The notes under the pieces: model-generated | The model's input: the letters and a program-made list of their open reading frames with translations, nothing else | Told to the model about the DNA's origin: nothing | Databases searched by the model: none | Shown: positions 47,791-56,539 of the stretch, in pieces | How the letters are laid out: the number at the start of each line of letters is the position of its first letter | How positions within the stretch are numbered: the stretch's first letter is position 1 | Program-made: the position numbers and the translations under genes | From: Candidatus Ghiorseimicrobium undicola | GTDB lineage: Bacteria > Omnitrophota > Gorgyraeia > Ghiorseimicrobiales > Ghiorseimicrobiaceae | Direction of reading: 5' to 3' | Length of the DNA stretch: 62,254 nt | Assembly: GCA_002796125.1 (NCBI GenBank) | Contig: PCWA01000015.1 | Location: 11,650 to 73,903, forward strand

Positions 47791-48904
47791 AATCGGTTAT
47801 CGTCCGACATGGGCAGAAGTTAATTTAGCAAACATAGCTTATAATATAAATTCTATACGTAAGATTGTGCCGGAAGAAACCGAAATATTGGCTACCGTTA
47901 AAGCGGATGCTTACGGGCACGGCTTAATTCCGGTATCAAAAAAACTGATTTCTTTGGGTATAAAGTATTTGGGCGTCGCCAGTATCGATGAGGCGATAAC
48001 CTTGCGCCATGCCGGCATAAAATCATCCATCCTTGTGTTGGGAGGCATATTCTTAAAAGATTGCCCTGCCATAATAGATTACGGTTTGGCACAAACGGTA
48101 TTTAGCGAAGAAATCGCAGCTGGCTTAAATGCCCAAGCCAGCAAAAAGAGAAAACCGGTAAAAATACACATAAAAATAGATACGGGAATGGGCAGGATTG
48201 GCATCTGGCATAAAGACGCCCTGACTTTTGTAAAGGCGGTAAATAAACTTGCTTATCTTAAGATAGAGGGTATTTTTACTCATTTATCTTCTGCCGATAG
48301 TGATGCGGATTTTACGCGCAGGCAGATAAGTTTATTCAAGGAATTATTAAAAAAAATAGATTGTTGCGGCATATCCATACCCCTAAAACATGCTGCTAAT
48401 AGCCTTGGTATGGTTAATTTTAAGTCCAGCCATTTTAATTTAATCAGGCCGGGAATTGTTATTTATGGCCTTTATCCTCAGCGCGCGCTAAATATTAAAA
48501 TCAAACCGGTATTAAGCCTTAAGACAAAAGTTGTTTATTTAAAAAAAGTGCCCGGCGGCAGAAGCATAAGTTATAACAAGACCTATGTAACCAAGAGAAA
48601 AACTGTTATCGCTGTTTTGCCTGTCGGCTATGGCGACGGCTATCCCAGGGCGCTTTCTAATAAAGCAGAAGTCATTATTAAAGGCAGGCGGGTTAAAGTC
48701 GTCGGCAGGGTTTGCATGGACCAGACAATGGTAGATGCAGGCTCGGTTAAGAATCTGTCCGTAGGGGATGAAGTTACCTTAATCGGCCAAGATAAGAATA
48801 GCTTTGTTAGCGCAGAAGAGCTGGCCGCTTTATCGGATACCATATGTTATGAAATAGTCTGTGGTTTGGGTAATAGGATACCGAGAGTTTACCTGAATAA
48901 ATGA
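47783..48904 (+). CDS. alr: Alanine racemase
   Basis: VKADAYGHG, KIDTGMGR, GIFTH, GYGDG, GRVCMDQ, TICYE. Confidence 0.97.
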   Translation: MNKIGYRPTWAEVNLANIAYNINSIRKIVPEETEILATVKADAYGHGLIPVSKKLISLGIKYLGVASIDEAITLRHAGIKSSILVLGGIFLKDCPAIIDYGLAQTVFSEEIAAGLNAQASKKRKPVKIHIKIDTGMGRIGIWHKDALTFVKAVNKLAYLKIEGIFTHLSSADSDADFTRRQISLFKELLKKIDCCGISIPLKHAANSLGMVNFKSSHFNLIRPGIVIYGLYPQRALNIKIKPVLSLKTKVVYLKKVPGGRSISYNKTYVTKRKTVIAVLPVGYGDGYPRALSNKAEVIIKGRRVKVVGRVCMDQTMVDAGSVKNLSVGDEVTLIGQDKNSFVSAEELAALSDTICYEIVCGLGNRIPRVYLNK

Positions 48905-48960
48905 AGCTCCGCAGGTTAAAGCCCGCGGTTTTGGAGCGTCGGGATAAATCGATAAAGCCT

Positions 48961-50052
48961 TTAGGAAAGCCTGCGCACGGCAAATAGGCTTGCCGAAATG
49001 AATACTCCGTGGCTTAAGACAGCGGATATAATGGGCGGGATGAGTCCGGTTTTCCCAAAGGCAATACTTGTTTGGTTGAAGACATAGTATATAAAACTTA
49101 TTCCTATGCAGACGCCCAGGGATGCTATGGCTTGGCCTCTTTTTCTTGAGCCGAGGGCGAAAGGTATTCCCACCAGGATTATTATAAAACTTGTAAACGG
49201 ATAGCTGTAGCGGTTGTAGAGGTCTACTTTAAGGTTTCTGATTACGGCGACTGCCCCGCTTTTTGAAAGCCTGTTTACATAATCTTTTAGCTGTGCTATA
49301 TTCATGAACGCTGTCTGTTGCTGCTGGCGCAGAAAATCGGCCGGCCGGTCATCAAGCCGCATGAATTTATTCTCGAAATAAAACGGCTCGCCGATTAACT
49401 GGCCGTCTTGATTAAAATAGGAAATGACGCATTTGCGGAACAGCCAGCTATCTTTCCTGAAATAAGCATATCTTGCCACTGTTTTAGAAACGACATTTTG
49501 ATTTTTGTCGTGTTCGAGCATCGTTACATTTTCCATCATTTGTTTTTTCGGGTAATATATATCTATAACAAAATGGCGGTTATTTTGCCCGTATATCGCG
49601 AGATTATACATTTTACTGGGCTGGCCGTTATTATTCTTTTCAAATATCTCATTTTTCATCCGGTAACTAATCTGTTGCGCTTTTGGCAGGAAGCGCTCAT
49701 TTACCATAAAAATAAGTATACTGATTATAAATCCGAATATAAGGACGGGCTGCGATATCCGCCAGATGCTTAGGCCGCTTGCGCGCATGGCGATGATTTC
49801 GTTATTCTTGGATAATGTCCCTATAGAATAGAGAAGGCTCAGCAGGCAGGCCATTGGAGAGACCTGGATGTATATAAGCGGTATAAATGAGAGGTAATAG
49901 TTTATTAATAAGGATAACGCTACCTGATCTTTTAAAATATCATCTAAATGGGAAAATAAATCTACGATTATATATAAAAACAGAAATACAAGTATGCAAC
50001 ATATATAGGCTGAAACCATGGATTTAGTTAAGTATCTGTCTAAAATGCGCAT
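48961..50052 (-). CDS. lptG: LPS export ABC transporter permease LptG
   Basis: MRILDRYL start (moved from 50106), NNEIIAMRASG, 6-TM layout with periplasmic domain. Confidence 0.88.
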   Translation of the reverse strand: MRILDRYLTKSMVSAYICCILVFLFLYIIVDLFSHLDDILKDQVALSLLINYYLSFIPLIYIQVSPMACLLSLLYSIGTLSKNNEIIAMRASGLSIWRISQPVLIFGFIISILIFMVNERFLPKAQQISYRMKNEIFEKNNNGQPSKMYNLAIYGQNNRHFVIDIYYPKKQMMENVTMLEHDKNQNVVSKTVARYAYFRKDSWLFRKCVISYFNQDGQLIGEPFYFENKFMRLDDRPADFLRQQQQTAFMNIAQLKDYVNRLSKSGAVAVIRNLKVDLYNRYSYPFTSFIIILVGIPFALGSRKRGQAIASLGVCIGISFIYYVFNQTSIAFGKTGLIPPIISAVLSHGVFISASLFAVRRLS

Positions 50053-51146
50053 ACAAGCATAGTAAGGATTGTGCCTAGCAGGCCGAATATGATATTTGGT
50101 ATCCACATGGCAAGTTCCGGCATGGGGTATCCATGCAGGCCAAGGTATTTCGCCAGGGCGCCTGCCCCCAGGATTAATAGGTAGTATATTCCAAAAATAA
50201 CAAAACCCAAGCCTAAATTTACGGATTTTAACCTTTGCTTGGCAATCATGCTTAAAGGACAGCCGATTAAAGCCAGGATCAGGCAGGCGAACGCGAGCGA
50301 GATCTTTGTTTGTATTTCTATGGAAAGCGGGCTATAGTCCATATCTGATTTAGCAAGGCGCCTGATTTCCTCATTAAGTTCTTTAAGTGTCATGTCTTTT
50401 GGTTTTTTAACCGTTTTACCATTGGTGGGTTTTGCGACATTTAAGTTTATAAAGTATGTTTTGAAGTTCAATTTATAAAACATATTAGGATCATTCGGGT
50501 TGGGTTCGTCGCTGGAACCGTCGATAAGCTTTAATTTGATTATTCCCTGTTCCGGCAAAGATATAAATTCCCCTTTTTTGGCAATAATTGTGCGCGCGGG
50601 CTTGCCGGGCCCTTGAGGTTCGTATATGCGTATATTTTCCAATTTATTGCCTTCGATTTTGTAAATAAACAATATATATTTTTGGAATGAATCAATAAAT
50701 GTCCCCGCCTCAAGCGTAGCCGTAGGGTTTTTGAAGCCTATATCAAGCATGGCCCTTCGCTTTTCAAAATTTGCTTTAGGCATAATAGTCGTGTTGAATA
50801 TTACCATAAAAAGGCTGAACATCAGCCCGAGGGTTATTACCGGCATGACGATATGCATAAGATTTATCCCCGCCGCTTTTATCGCCGTTATCTCGTTATC
50901 AGATGAAATTCTACCCATAGACCAGAGAACGCTTGTAAATATAGCCAAGGGGAGTATGAAGCTTAAGGGGTAGAATAAGGAGTAGAAAAACAGTTTACCT
51001 ACCGAGAAGACTTCAACGCCTTTATTTATTATCAGCGCCGTGTATTGAGTCAGGAAGACCAGAGAAAAAATAAACAACAAGACCGCAAGAGATAATATAA
51101 AAGGAGTTATAAATTCTTTTAATACATATTTACGCAGTATTTTCAT
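50040..51146 (-). CDS. lptF: LPS export ABC transporter permease LptF
   Basis: MKILRKY, DNEITAIKAAG; first of the paired permeases. Confidence 0.88.
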   Translation of the reverse strand: MKILRKYVLKEFITPFILSLAVLLFIFSLVFLTQYTALIINKGVEVFSVGKLFFYSLFYPLSFILPLAIFTSVLWSMGRISSDNEITAIKAAGINLMHIVMPVITLGLMFSLFMVIFNTTIMPKANFEKRRAMLDIGFKNPTATLEAGTFIDSFQKYILFIYKIEGNKLENIRIYEPQGPGKPARTIIAKKGEFISLPEQGIIKLKLIDGSSDEPNPNDPNMFYKLNFKTYFINLNVAKPTNGKTVKKPKDMTLKELNEEIRRLAKSDMDYSPLSIEIQTKISLAFACLILALIGCPLSMIAKQRLKSVNLGLGFVIFGIYYLLILGAGALAKYLGLHGYPMPELAMWIPNIIFGLLGTILTMLVCAF

Positions 51147-51147
51147 T

Positions 51148-51513
51148 TAATGAGGCCATAACTTATGGAGGCGGAGCCGGCATAAGTTATTTGGCCGAAT
51201 TATCCCGAAGCCTATCAGGGTAAAATTCGAAGAAATTTACCCTGATGTTTAGGCGAGGGATGCCGCTATCATCTAATGAGCGCATAACTTACGGAGTTCG
51301 AAGAACGACGTAAGTTATTTGCGCGAATTAATCTCCTCGCTTAAGCAAGGGGTAAATTCTCGAAGAGAATTTACCCCTTAAGCTTCGGAGTAGGTTAGAA
51401 CTTATTAAGCTTGAACCTACCCGCAGCCTATCGGGTAAATGTCGTAGAGATTTACCCGATGTTTAGGCAAGGGAAGGAGCGCATCCGCCTTGCGGCGAGA
51501 TAAGTGCGAATTA
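51148..51513 (-). repeat. Largest mosaic hairpin array: three type-1 and three type-2 modules with short spacers
   Basis: Type 1 at 51148-51202, 51274-51330, 51475-51513; type 2 at 51203-51260, 51332-51390 (inverted), 51420-51474. Confidence 0.9.
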
Positions 51514-52215
51514 ACTCGCAAACGTCAATACCGAAACATTTTTTGCCCCGGCTTCTTTTAATATTCTCGATGCTTCAGAGCATGTTGCCCCGGTAGTTAA
51601 TACATCGTCTATCAAAAGTATATTTTTACCGGTTATTTCTTTTTTGTTTTTAATTTCAAATACGCCGTTCATATTAAGAAATCGTTCTTGAAAACCAAGT
51701 TTTGTTTGTGTGTTTCTGTTGCATATTTTTATTAAATTATTACTGCTGAGAGGGATGTTAAAGGCTCCTGATATATTTTCAGCTATAAGTTCGGCTTGGT
51801 TAAATTCTCTTTCTCTCAACTTCGCAGGATGCAAGGGTATGGCTGCCATCATATTAAAGTTTTGTACCGGTATGCGGAAAATATTTATAAAATTGTGCAT
51901 TATGCGCGATATCGTGTATATTAGTTTCATTTTACGACGGTATTTAAATAAGTGTATAATCTCTGCGGCTTTGCCGCGGTAACAGCATGGGCTAAAGGCC
52001 CGTTGGAAGTGAAGCGTGTATTTTTGGCAATGGCCGCAGCGGGCTCTTTGTAAATGCCTGCCGCAACGTTTACAGAAAGGCGGAACATTTCTTTCTATGG
52101 CGTTAAAACATGAATGACAAATGATACCCTTTTTTTCTATCAATTGATTTTTGCATATGGGGCATAGCGCAGGATAGATAATATTGATAAAATTTTTCAG
52201 AACAGCCGCTGGCAT
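51511..52215 (-). CDS. comF: ComF family phosphoribosyltransferase-like competence protein
   Basis: CPIC/CHSC/CKRC Zn ribbon, REFNQAE, LIDDVLTTGAT. Confidence 0.92.
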   Translation of the reverse strand: MPAAVLKNFINIIYPALCPICKNQLIEKKGIICHSCFNAIERNVPPFCKRCGRHLQRARCGHCQKYTLHFQRAFSPCCYRGKAAEIIHLFKYRRKMKLIYTISRIMHNFINIFRIPVQNFNMMAAIPLHPAKLREREFNQAELIAENISGAFNIPLSSNNLIKICNRNTQTKLGFQERFLNMNGVFEIKNKKEITGKNILLIDDVLTTGATCSEASRILKEAGAKNVSVLTFAS

Positions 52216-52223
52216 AATGCTTT

Positions 52224-52252
52224 ATATTACAATATGGGCATGGCTTTGTCAA
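52224..52252 (-). promoter_or_regulatory. Putative sigma70 promoter of comF-lptFG
   Basis: TTGACA-17-TAATAT on the minus strand. Confidence 0.55.
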
Positions 52253-52358
52253 CCCCGTACTAATTTTTGCAATAGCCTTTAGATATAATTCAGGAAAATT
52301 TTGTTTAATCAGGCCGGAGATTTATTTGATATGTCAGAAAAACTGAGGCTCAATTCAA

Positions 52359-52387
52359 TTGACATCTTAGGCGGCAGATAGTAAAAT
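52359..52387 (+). promoter_or_regulatory. Putative sigma70 promoter of pyrE
   Basis: TTGACA-17-TAAAAT. Confidence 0.65.
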
Positions 52388-52393
52388 AAAGTT

Positions 52394-52978
52394 ATGCCAC
52401 AAGATAAAAATACTACTGAGCTGAAACAAAGGCTGTTTGGCCTATTAAAGAAATATTCGTATAAAGAAGGGCGTGTAGTTCTGTCTTCCGGCAAGGTTGC
52501 CGATTACTATATTGACGCCCGGATTGTAACACTTAGCTCGGAAGGCGCGTATTTAACCGCCGCGATAATATTAGGCCTTATTAAGGCGTGTCCTGCGCTG
52601 GATTTATCCGGGGTTTCCGCGGTGGGAGGGCCTACTCTTGGGGCGGATCCTTTTTTGGGCGCTATAGCAGCCATGGCATATCTGGATAATAACCCATTGA
52701 AAACATTTATAGTTAGGAAAGCCGCTAAAGAACACGGCAGCGGCCGAAGGATTGAAGGCCCGGCTTTAACCCGGGGAGAGCAAGTTCTCCTGGTTGATGA
52801 TGTGGCCACATCCGGGAAATCGCTTATTGATTCTATAAAGGCGCTAAAAGAAGAAGGCCTGATAGTTAAGGCTGCCGTTGTTATAATAGACAGGTCCGAA
52901 GGCGCAAAAGAAGCCCTTGCCGGTGTTGATTGCCCCCTTATTTCTATTTTTAAAGCCACCGATTTTAGAAGCCAATAG
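52394..52978 (+). CDS. pyrE: Orotate phosphoribosyltransferase
   Basis: LSSGK, YYIDAR, GPTLGADP, RKAAKEHG, VDDVATSGKS. Confidence 0.95.
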   Translation: MPQDKNTTELKQRLFGLLKKYSYKEGRVVLSSGKVADYYIDARIVTLSSEGAYLTAAIILGLIKACPALDLSGVSAVGGPTLGADPFLGAIAAMAYLDNNPLKTFIVRKAAKEHGSGRRIEGPALTRGEQVLLVDDVATSGKSLIDSIKALKEEGLIVKAAVVIIDRSEGAKEALAGVDCPLISIFKATDFRSQ

Positions 52979-52990
52979 ACAAAATAAAAT

Positions 52991-53572
52991 ATGAAACCGT
53001 TAATATTGGCCTCTAAATCCAGAGCCAGAGCCGAACTACTCAAAAAGTGCGGATTTAAATTTAAAATTTTTCCTTCTAATGCCAGGGAATTAAAAGTCTT
53101 GCCGCACCATGCAGTCAAAGAGATCCTTATAAAAAATGCTTTAAATAAGGCAAAAACAGTGAGCGGATATTTTAAAAAAGGTGCTGTGATAGCCGCGGAT
53201 ACCGTCGTCTTGCAAGGAGGCAGAATATTCGGAAAACCAAGTAACCTAAAAGACGCTTTTTTGACAATCAAAAGATTATCTAATGCCCCTTCATCTGTTT
53301 ATACCGGCCTTGCGGTTATCGACATAGAAAACAAGAAAGGCTATGTTGATTATTGCAAAACAAAGGTTTGGCTGTCTAAGCTTTCCGATAAAGAAATAAA
53401 AAATTATCTCAAGAACAGTAAAGGTCGCCATATTAATTTTGCCGGCGGTTTCGATATACAAGGCAGGGGTAGTTTATTTATCGAAAGGATAGAGGGCTGC
53501 TTTTATAATGTCGTTGGCCTGCCGTTGCCCAAGCTCTATAAATTACTTAAAAAATGCGGAATAGAAATATAA
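52991..53572 (+). CDS. maf: Maf family nucleoside triphosphate pyrophosphatase
   Basis: LASKSRAR, KA, ADTVV, GKP, AGGFDIQG, NVVGLP. Confidence 0.92.
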   Translation: MKPLILASKSRARAELLKKCGFKFKIFPSNARELKVLPHHAVKEILIKNALNKAKTVSGYFKKGAVIAADTVVLQGGRIFGKPSNLKDAFLTIKRLSNAPSSVYTGLAVIDIENKKGYVDYCKTKVWLSKLSDKEIKNYLKNSKGRHINFAGGFDIQGRGSLFIERIEGCFYNVVGLPLPKLYKLLKKCGIEI

Positions 53573-54348
53573 TAACATTTTTTTTACTAGTTACTAGTTA
53601 CTGGTTACTGGTTACTATTTTTTCCGGCTGTGCCTCCGAATATAACCTAGCGACCGGCAGGGAAGAAATGCTATTTTATTCTACTGAAAAAGAAATAAAT
53701 TTAGGCAGGTCTATTTCCAGGCAAGTTGAAAGTAAATATAAATTGCTAGCCAGCGACTTATTACAGAAAAAAATAAATGATATAGGCCAGAAGATTGCCG
53801 ATGCCTGCGATAGAAAGGATTTAGTTTATTATTTTAAAGTTATTGATGACGAAGAGGTTAACGCTGTTTCCTTGCCCGGGGGTTATGTTTATGTAAATAA
53901 AGGCCTTATCGATATCGCCAGCGATGATGAACTAGCCTGTGTTATGGGGCATGAAGTGGCGCATATAGTGGCGCGCCACAGCATAAAAAAATTACAGGCA
54001 TCAATGGGATATATGCTGGCCAGAATACTTGCGGCACAGACGGTTGAGAATTCGCAGGCGGTTTACGGGGCCGATCTGGCTTTTGGGCAAATTATGCTGG
54101 GGTATTCGCGGGAAGACGAGTTGCTGGCGGACAAGGTAGGCGTAAAGTACGCGGATAAGGCAGGGTTTGACCCCAAGGCGATGATTAGCTTTTTGGAAAA
54201 ATTAAAAGATGTCAATCGTAAAAAACCCATAGCTCCTTTATCTTATGGGCGTACCCATCCCTATATATCGGATAGAATTAAAACCGTCAAGCAGGAACTG
54301 GGAGAGAATATAACTTTTAAAGATTATATCAACAGCCAGGAAGAATAA
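53554..54348 (+). CDS. M48 family metallopeptidase lipoprotein
   Basis: FSGC lipobox, VNAVSLPGG, HEVAH (HExxH), YSREDE..AD, THP. Confidence 0.92.
   Translation: MRNRNIITFFLLVTSYWLLVTIFSGCASEYNLATGREEMLFYSTEKEINLGRSISRQVESKYKLLASDLLQKKINDIGQKIADACDRKDLVYYFKVIDDEEVNAVSLPGGYVYVNKGLIDIASDDELACVMGHEVAHIVARHSIKKLQASMGYMLARILAAQTVENSQAVYGADLAFGQIMLGYSREDELLADKVGVKYADKAGFDPKAMISFLEKLKDVNRKKPIAPLSYGRTHPYISDRIKTVKQELGENITFKDYINSQEE
53584..53618 (+). repeat. Heptamer tandem repeat (TTACTRG-like x5) inside the M48 signal peptide
   Basis: ttactag ttactag ttactgg ttactgg ttactat, encoding LLVTSYWLLVT. Confidence 0.88.
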
Positions 54349-54364
54349 GAGGTTATCGGCGTTA

Positions 54365-55489
54365 ATGGGCTCGAAAGTATCTATAGTAAAATGTGCTGAT
54401 TATAAAAAGGAAAATGTTGATTTTGCCGTAAAAAAGGCCTTAGCATTAGTTGGAGGTATTCCTGATTTCATTAAGCCGGGCGCGCGCGTTTTGCTAAAGC
54501 CGAATTTATTGATGAGTATTGAGCCGGAAAGGGCGATTACTACGCACCCTGAAGTAGTCAGGCCGGTAATCAGGATTTTAAAAGATATAGGTGTTAAAGT
54601 TTATATCGCGGATACCCCTAGCGTATGGGGCAAAAAAGAAGATATAGAAATAAAAGAGCTCTATAAAAAAACAGGTATGGCGTCCATAGCAAAAGAGGAG
54701 GGAGCTGAGTTAATAACCCTAAAGCAGAAATCCTTTAAAAAGGGCCTGCCCCTGGCGAGTTTTATTGATGAGGTTGATGCGGTTATCAATATTGCTAAAT
54801 TTAAAACACACGGGCTGATGATATTAACGGCCGCGGTAAAAAATCTTTTCGGTTTAATCCCGGGATTGTTTAAAAGCGAACTGCATAAAAAATATTTTAA
54901 GGCGCGGGAGTTCGCCGCCATGCTTCTGGATGTATATGAGTCTGTTTCTCCGGCTTTAACTATTGTTGATGCCGTTGATATTATTGAAGGAGACGGGCCG
55001 GCCACCAGCGGAGAGAAGCGCCATGTTGGATTAATTCTCGCGGGCAGGGATGCTATAGCCATAGATAGCGTGTTGGCAAAGATTATGAATCTTACGCCCG
55101 AAGATATCCCCGTAATAGCAGCCTCAGGCAGGCGCAATCTGGGATGCAGTGATTTAAGGTCAATTGAAATCCTTGGAGAGAATTTAAATGATGTTATTTT
55201 AGCTGATTTTAAACTGCCCAATCCGGCAATGATATATAAAATTCCCAAGCCGGCTTTTGAAATCTTTAAAAAATTATTGGATTACCGCCCGGAGATTGAT
55301 CCGACGGTATGCGTAAAATGCAATAGATGCCGTCAGATATGCCCGGAGAAAGTGATTACACTGGAACCAAAGATCAAAATTGATTATTCCCGGTGCATCC
55401 GTTGTTTCTGCTGCCAGGAAGCTTGTCCTGAACGGGCAATTTCCACGCGGAAATCATTTTTGGCAAAAATATTGGGAATGCGGGGGTGA
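54365..55489 (+). CDS. DUF362 domain protein with 2x 4Fe-4S ferredoxin domain
   Basis: LLKPN, TTHP, KFKTH, AVKNLFG, CVKCNRC..CP, CIRCFCC..CP. Confidence 0.88.
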   Translation: MGSKVSIVKCADYKKENVDFAVKKALALVGGIPDFIKPGARVLLKPNLLMSIEPERAITTHPEVVRPVIRILKDIGVKVYIADTPSVWGKKEDIEIKELYKKTGMASIAKEEGAELITLKQKSFKKGLPLASFIDEVDAVINIAKFKTHGLMILTAAVKNLFGLIPGLFKSELHKKYFKAREFAAMLLDVYESVSPALTIVDAVDIIEGDGPATSGEKRHVGLILAGRDAIAIDSVLAKIMNLTPEDIPVIAASGRRNLGCSDLRSIEILGENLNDVILADFKLPNPAMIYKIPKPAFEIFKKLLDYRPEIDPTVCVKCNRCRQICPEKVITLEPKIKIDYSRCIRCFCCQEACPERAISTRKSFLAKILGMRG

Positions 55490-55492
55490 TAT

Positions 55493-56539
55493 ATGGCTAT
55501 TGAAACAATAAAGTGGCAAGGAAATAAAGTGAAGCTTATAGACCAAACCAGACTGCCTTTGCATCTAAAGCATATCGTCACTTCGGATTTAAAGACTCTT
55601 ATACACGCGATAAAGATGCTGCAAGTCAGAGGCGCCCCTGCTATCGGCATAGCCGCTTCTTTTGGCGTAGTTTTGGGCATGAGAGATTCAAAGGCGAAAA
55701 GCTTTGCCTTATTCTATAAAGAATTGTCTGCCGTAATTAAACAGCTCGCTTTGTCGCGGCCTACAGCAGTAAATCTTTTTTGGGCTTTGGAAAGGATGAA
55801 AAATACGGCTTTGTTTAATCGCGCCAAACCGGTAAGAAAAATCAAACAAGCTCTTTTAAAAGAATCTTTAAAAATATTGGAGGAAGATAAAGCCATCTGC
55901 CGCTCTATGGGTAAAAATGGGGCGCGGTTGATTAAAGCTAAAGACAGGGCGCTTACGATATGTAATGCCGGGGCCCTTGCTACGGGGGATTTTGGTACGG
56001 CGCTGGGGGTTTTTTATCAGGCAAAGAAAGAGGGGAAGAAATTTAAAGTTTACGCCTGTGAAACCCGGCCGCTTCTTCAGGGAGCGCGCCTTACGGCTTG
56101 GGAACTTAAACAAGAAGGCATAGATACTACATTAATCTGTGATAATATGGCGGCAAGCCTGATGGAGCGCGGCTTAATAGATAAAGTTTTTGTGGGGGCA
56201 GACAGGATAGCGGCTAATGGCGATACCGCTAATAAAATCGGAACTTATAGTTTGGCGGTTTTGGCAGGTTATCATAAGATTCCTTTTTACGTTGTTGCGC
56301 CTGTATCCACTTTTGATTTAGAGATTGCAGGCGGAAAAGAAATTCCCATCGAACAGCGCTCGCCGGAAGAGGTTACTGCCTTATGCGGCAGGCGCATTGC
56401 GCCGCATGGAATAAAAGTTTATAACCCGGCTTTTGACGTTACCCCGCATGAATTAATCAAGGCAATTATCACGGAAAAAGGCATAATAAAGTCTCCTTAT
56501 AAGGTGAATATCAAAAAAATATTAGGATGCATGAGATGA
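55493..56539 (+). CDS. mtnA: S-methyl-5-thioribose-1-phosphate isomerase
   Basis: DQTRLP, VRGAPAIG, RPTAVNL, TICNAGALAT, ETRPLLQGARLT, NKIGT, FDVTP. Confidence 0.95.
   Translation: MAIETIKWQGNKVKLIDQTRLPLHLKHIVTSDLKTLIHAIKMLQVRGAPAIGIAASFGVVLGMRDSKAKSFALFYKELSAVIKQLALSRPTAVNLFWALERMKNTALFNRAKPVRKIKQALLKESLKILEEDKAICRSMGKNGARLIKAKDRALTICNAGALATGDFGTALGVFYQAKKEGKKFKVYACETRPLLQGARLTAWELKQEGIDTTLICDNMAASLMERGLIDKVFVGADRIAANGDTANKIGTYSLAVLAGYHKIPFYVVAPVSTFDLEIAGGKEIPIEQRSPEEVTALCGRRIAPHGIKVYNPAFDVTPHELIKAIITEKGIIKSPYKVNIKKILGCMR

Noticed and set aside
48905-49050. IS605-like hairpins at the alr/lptG junction
   Set aside because: The part beyond 48961 is normal LptG C-terminal coding sequence. 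The remaining 56 nt hold one imperfect hairpin, adequately explained as a terminator between convergent genes.
51148-51513. Possible CRISPR array
   Set aside because: No constant repeat with regular unique spacers, two module types that mostly abut, and no cas genes in the window.
52507-53271. 254-aa minus-strand ORF, and other long antisense ORFs (6278-6802, 8958-9521, 29933-30514, 34007-34627, 54661-55248)
   Set aside because: They lie wholly opposite well-supported genes and have no recognisable motifs; shadow ORFs.
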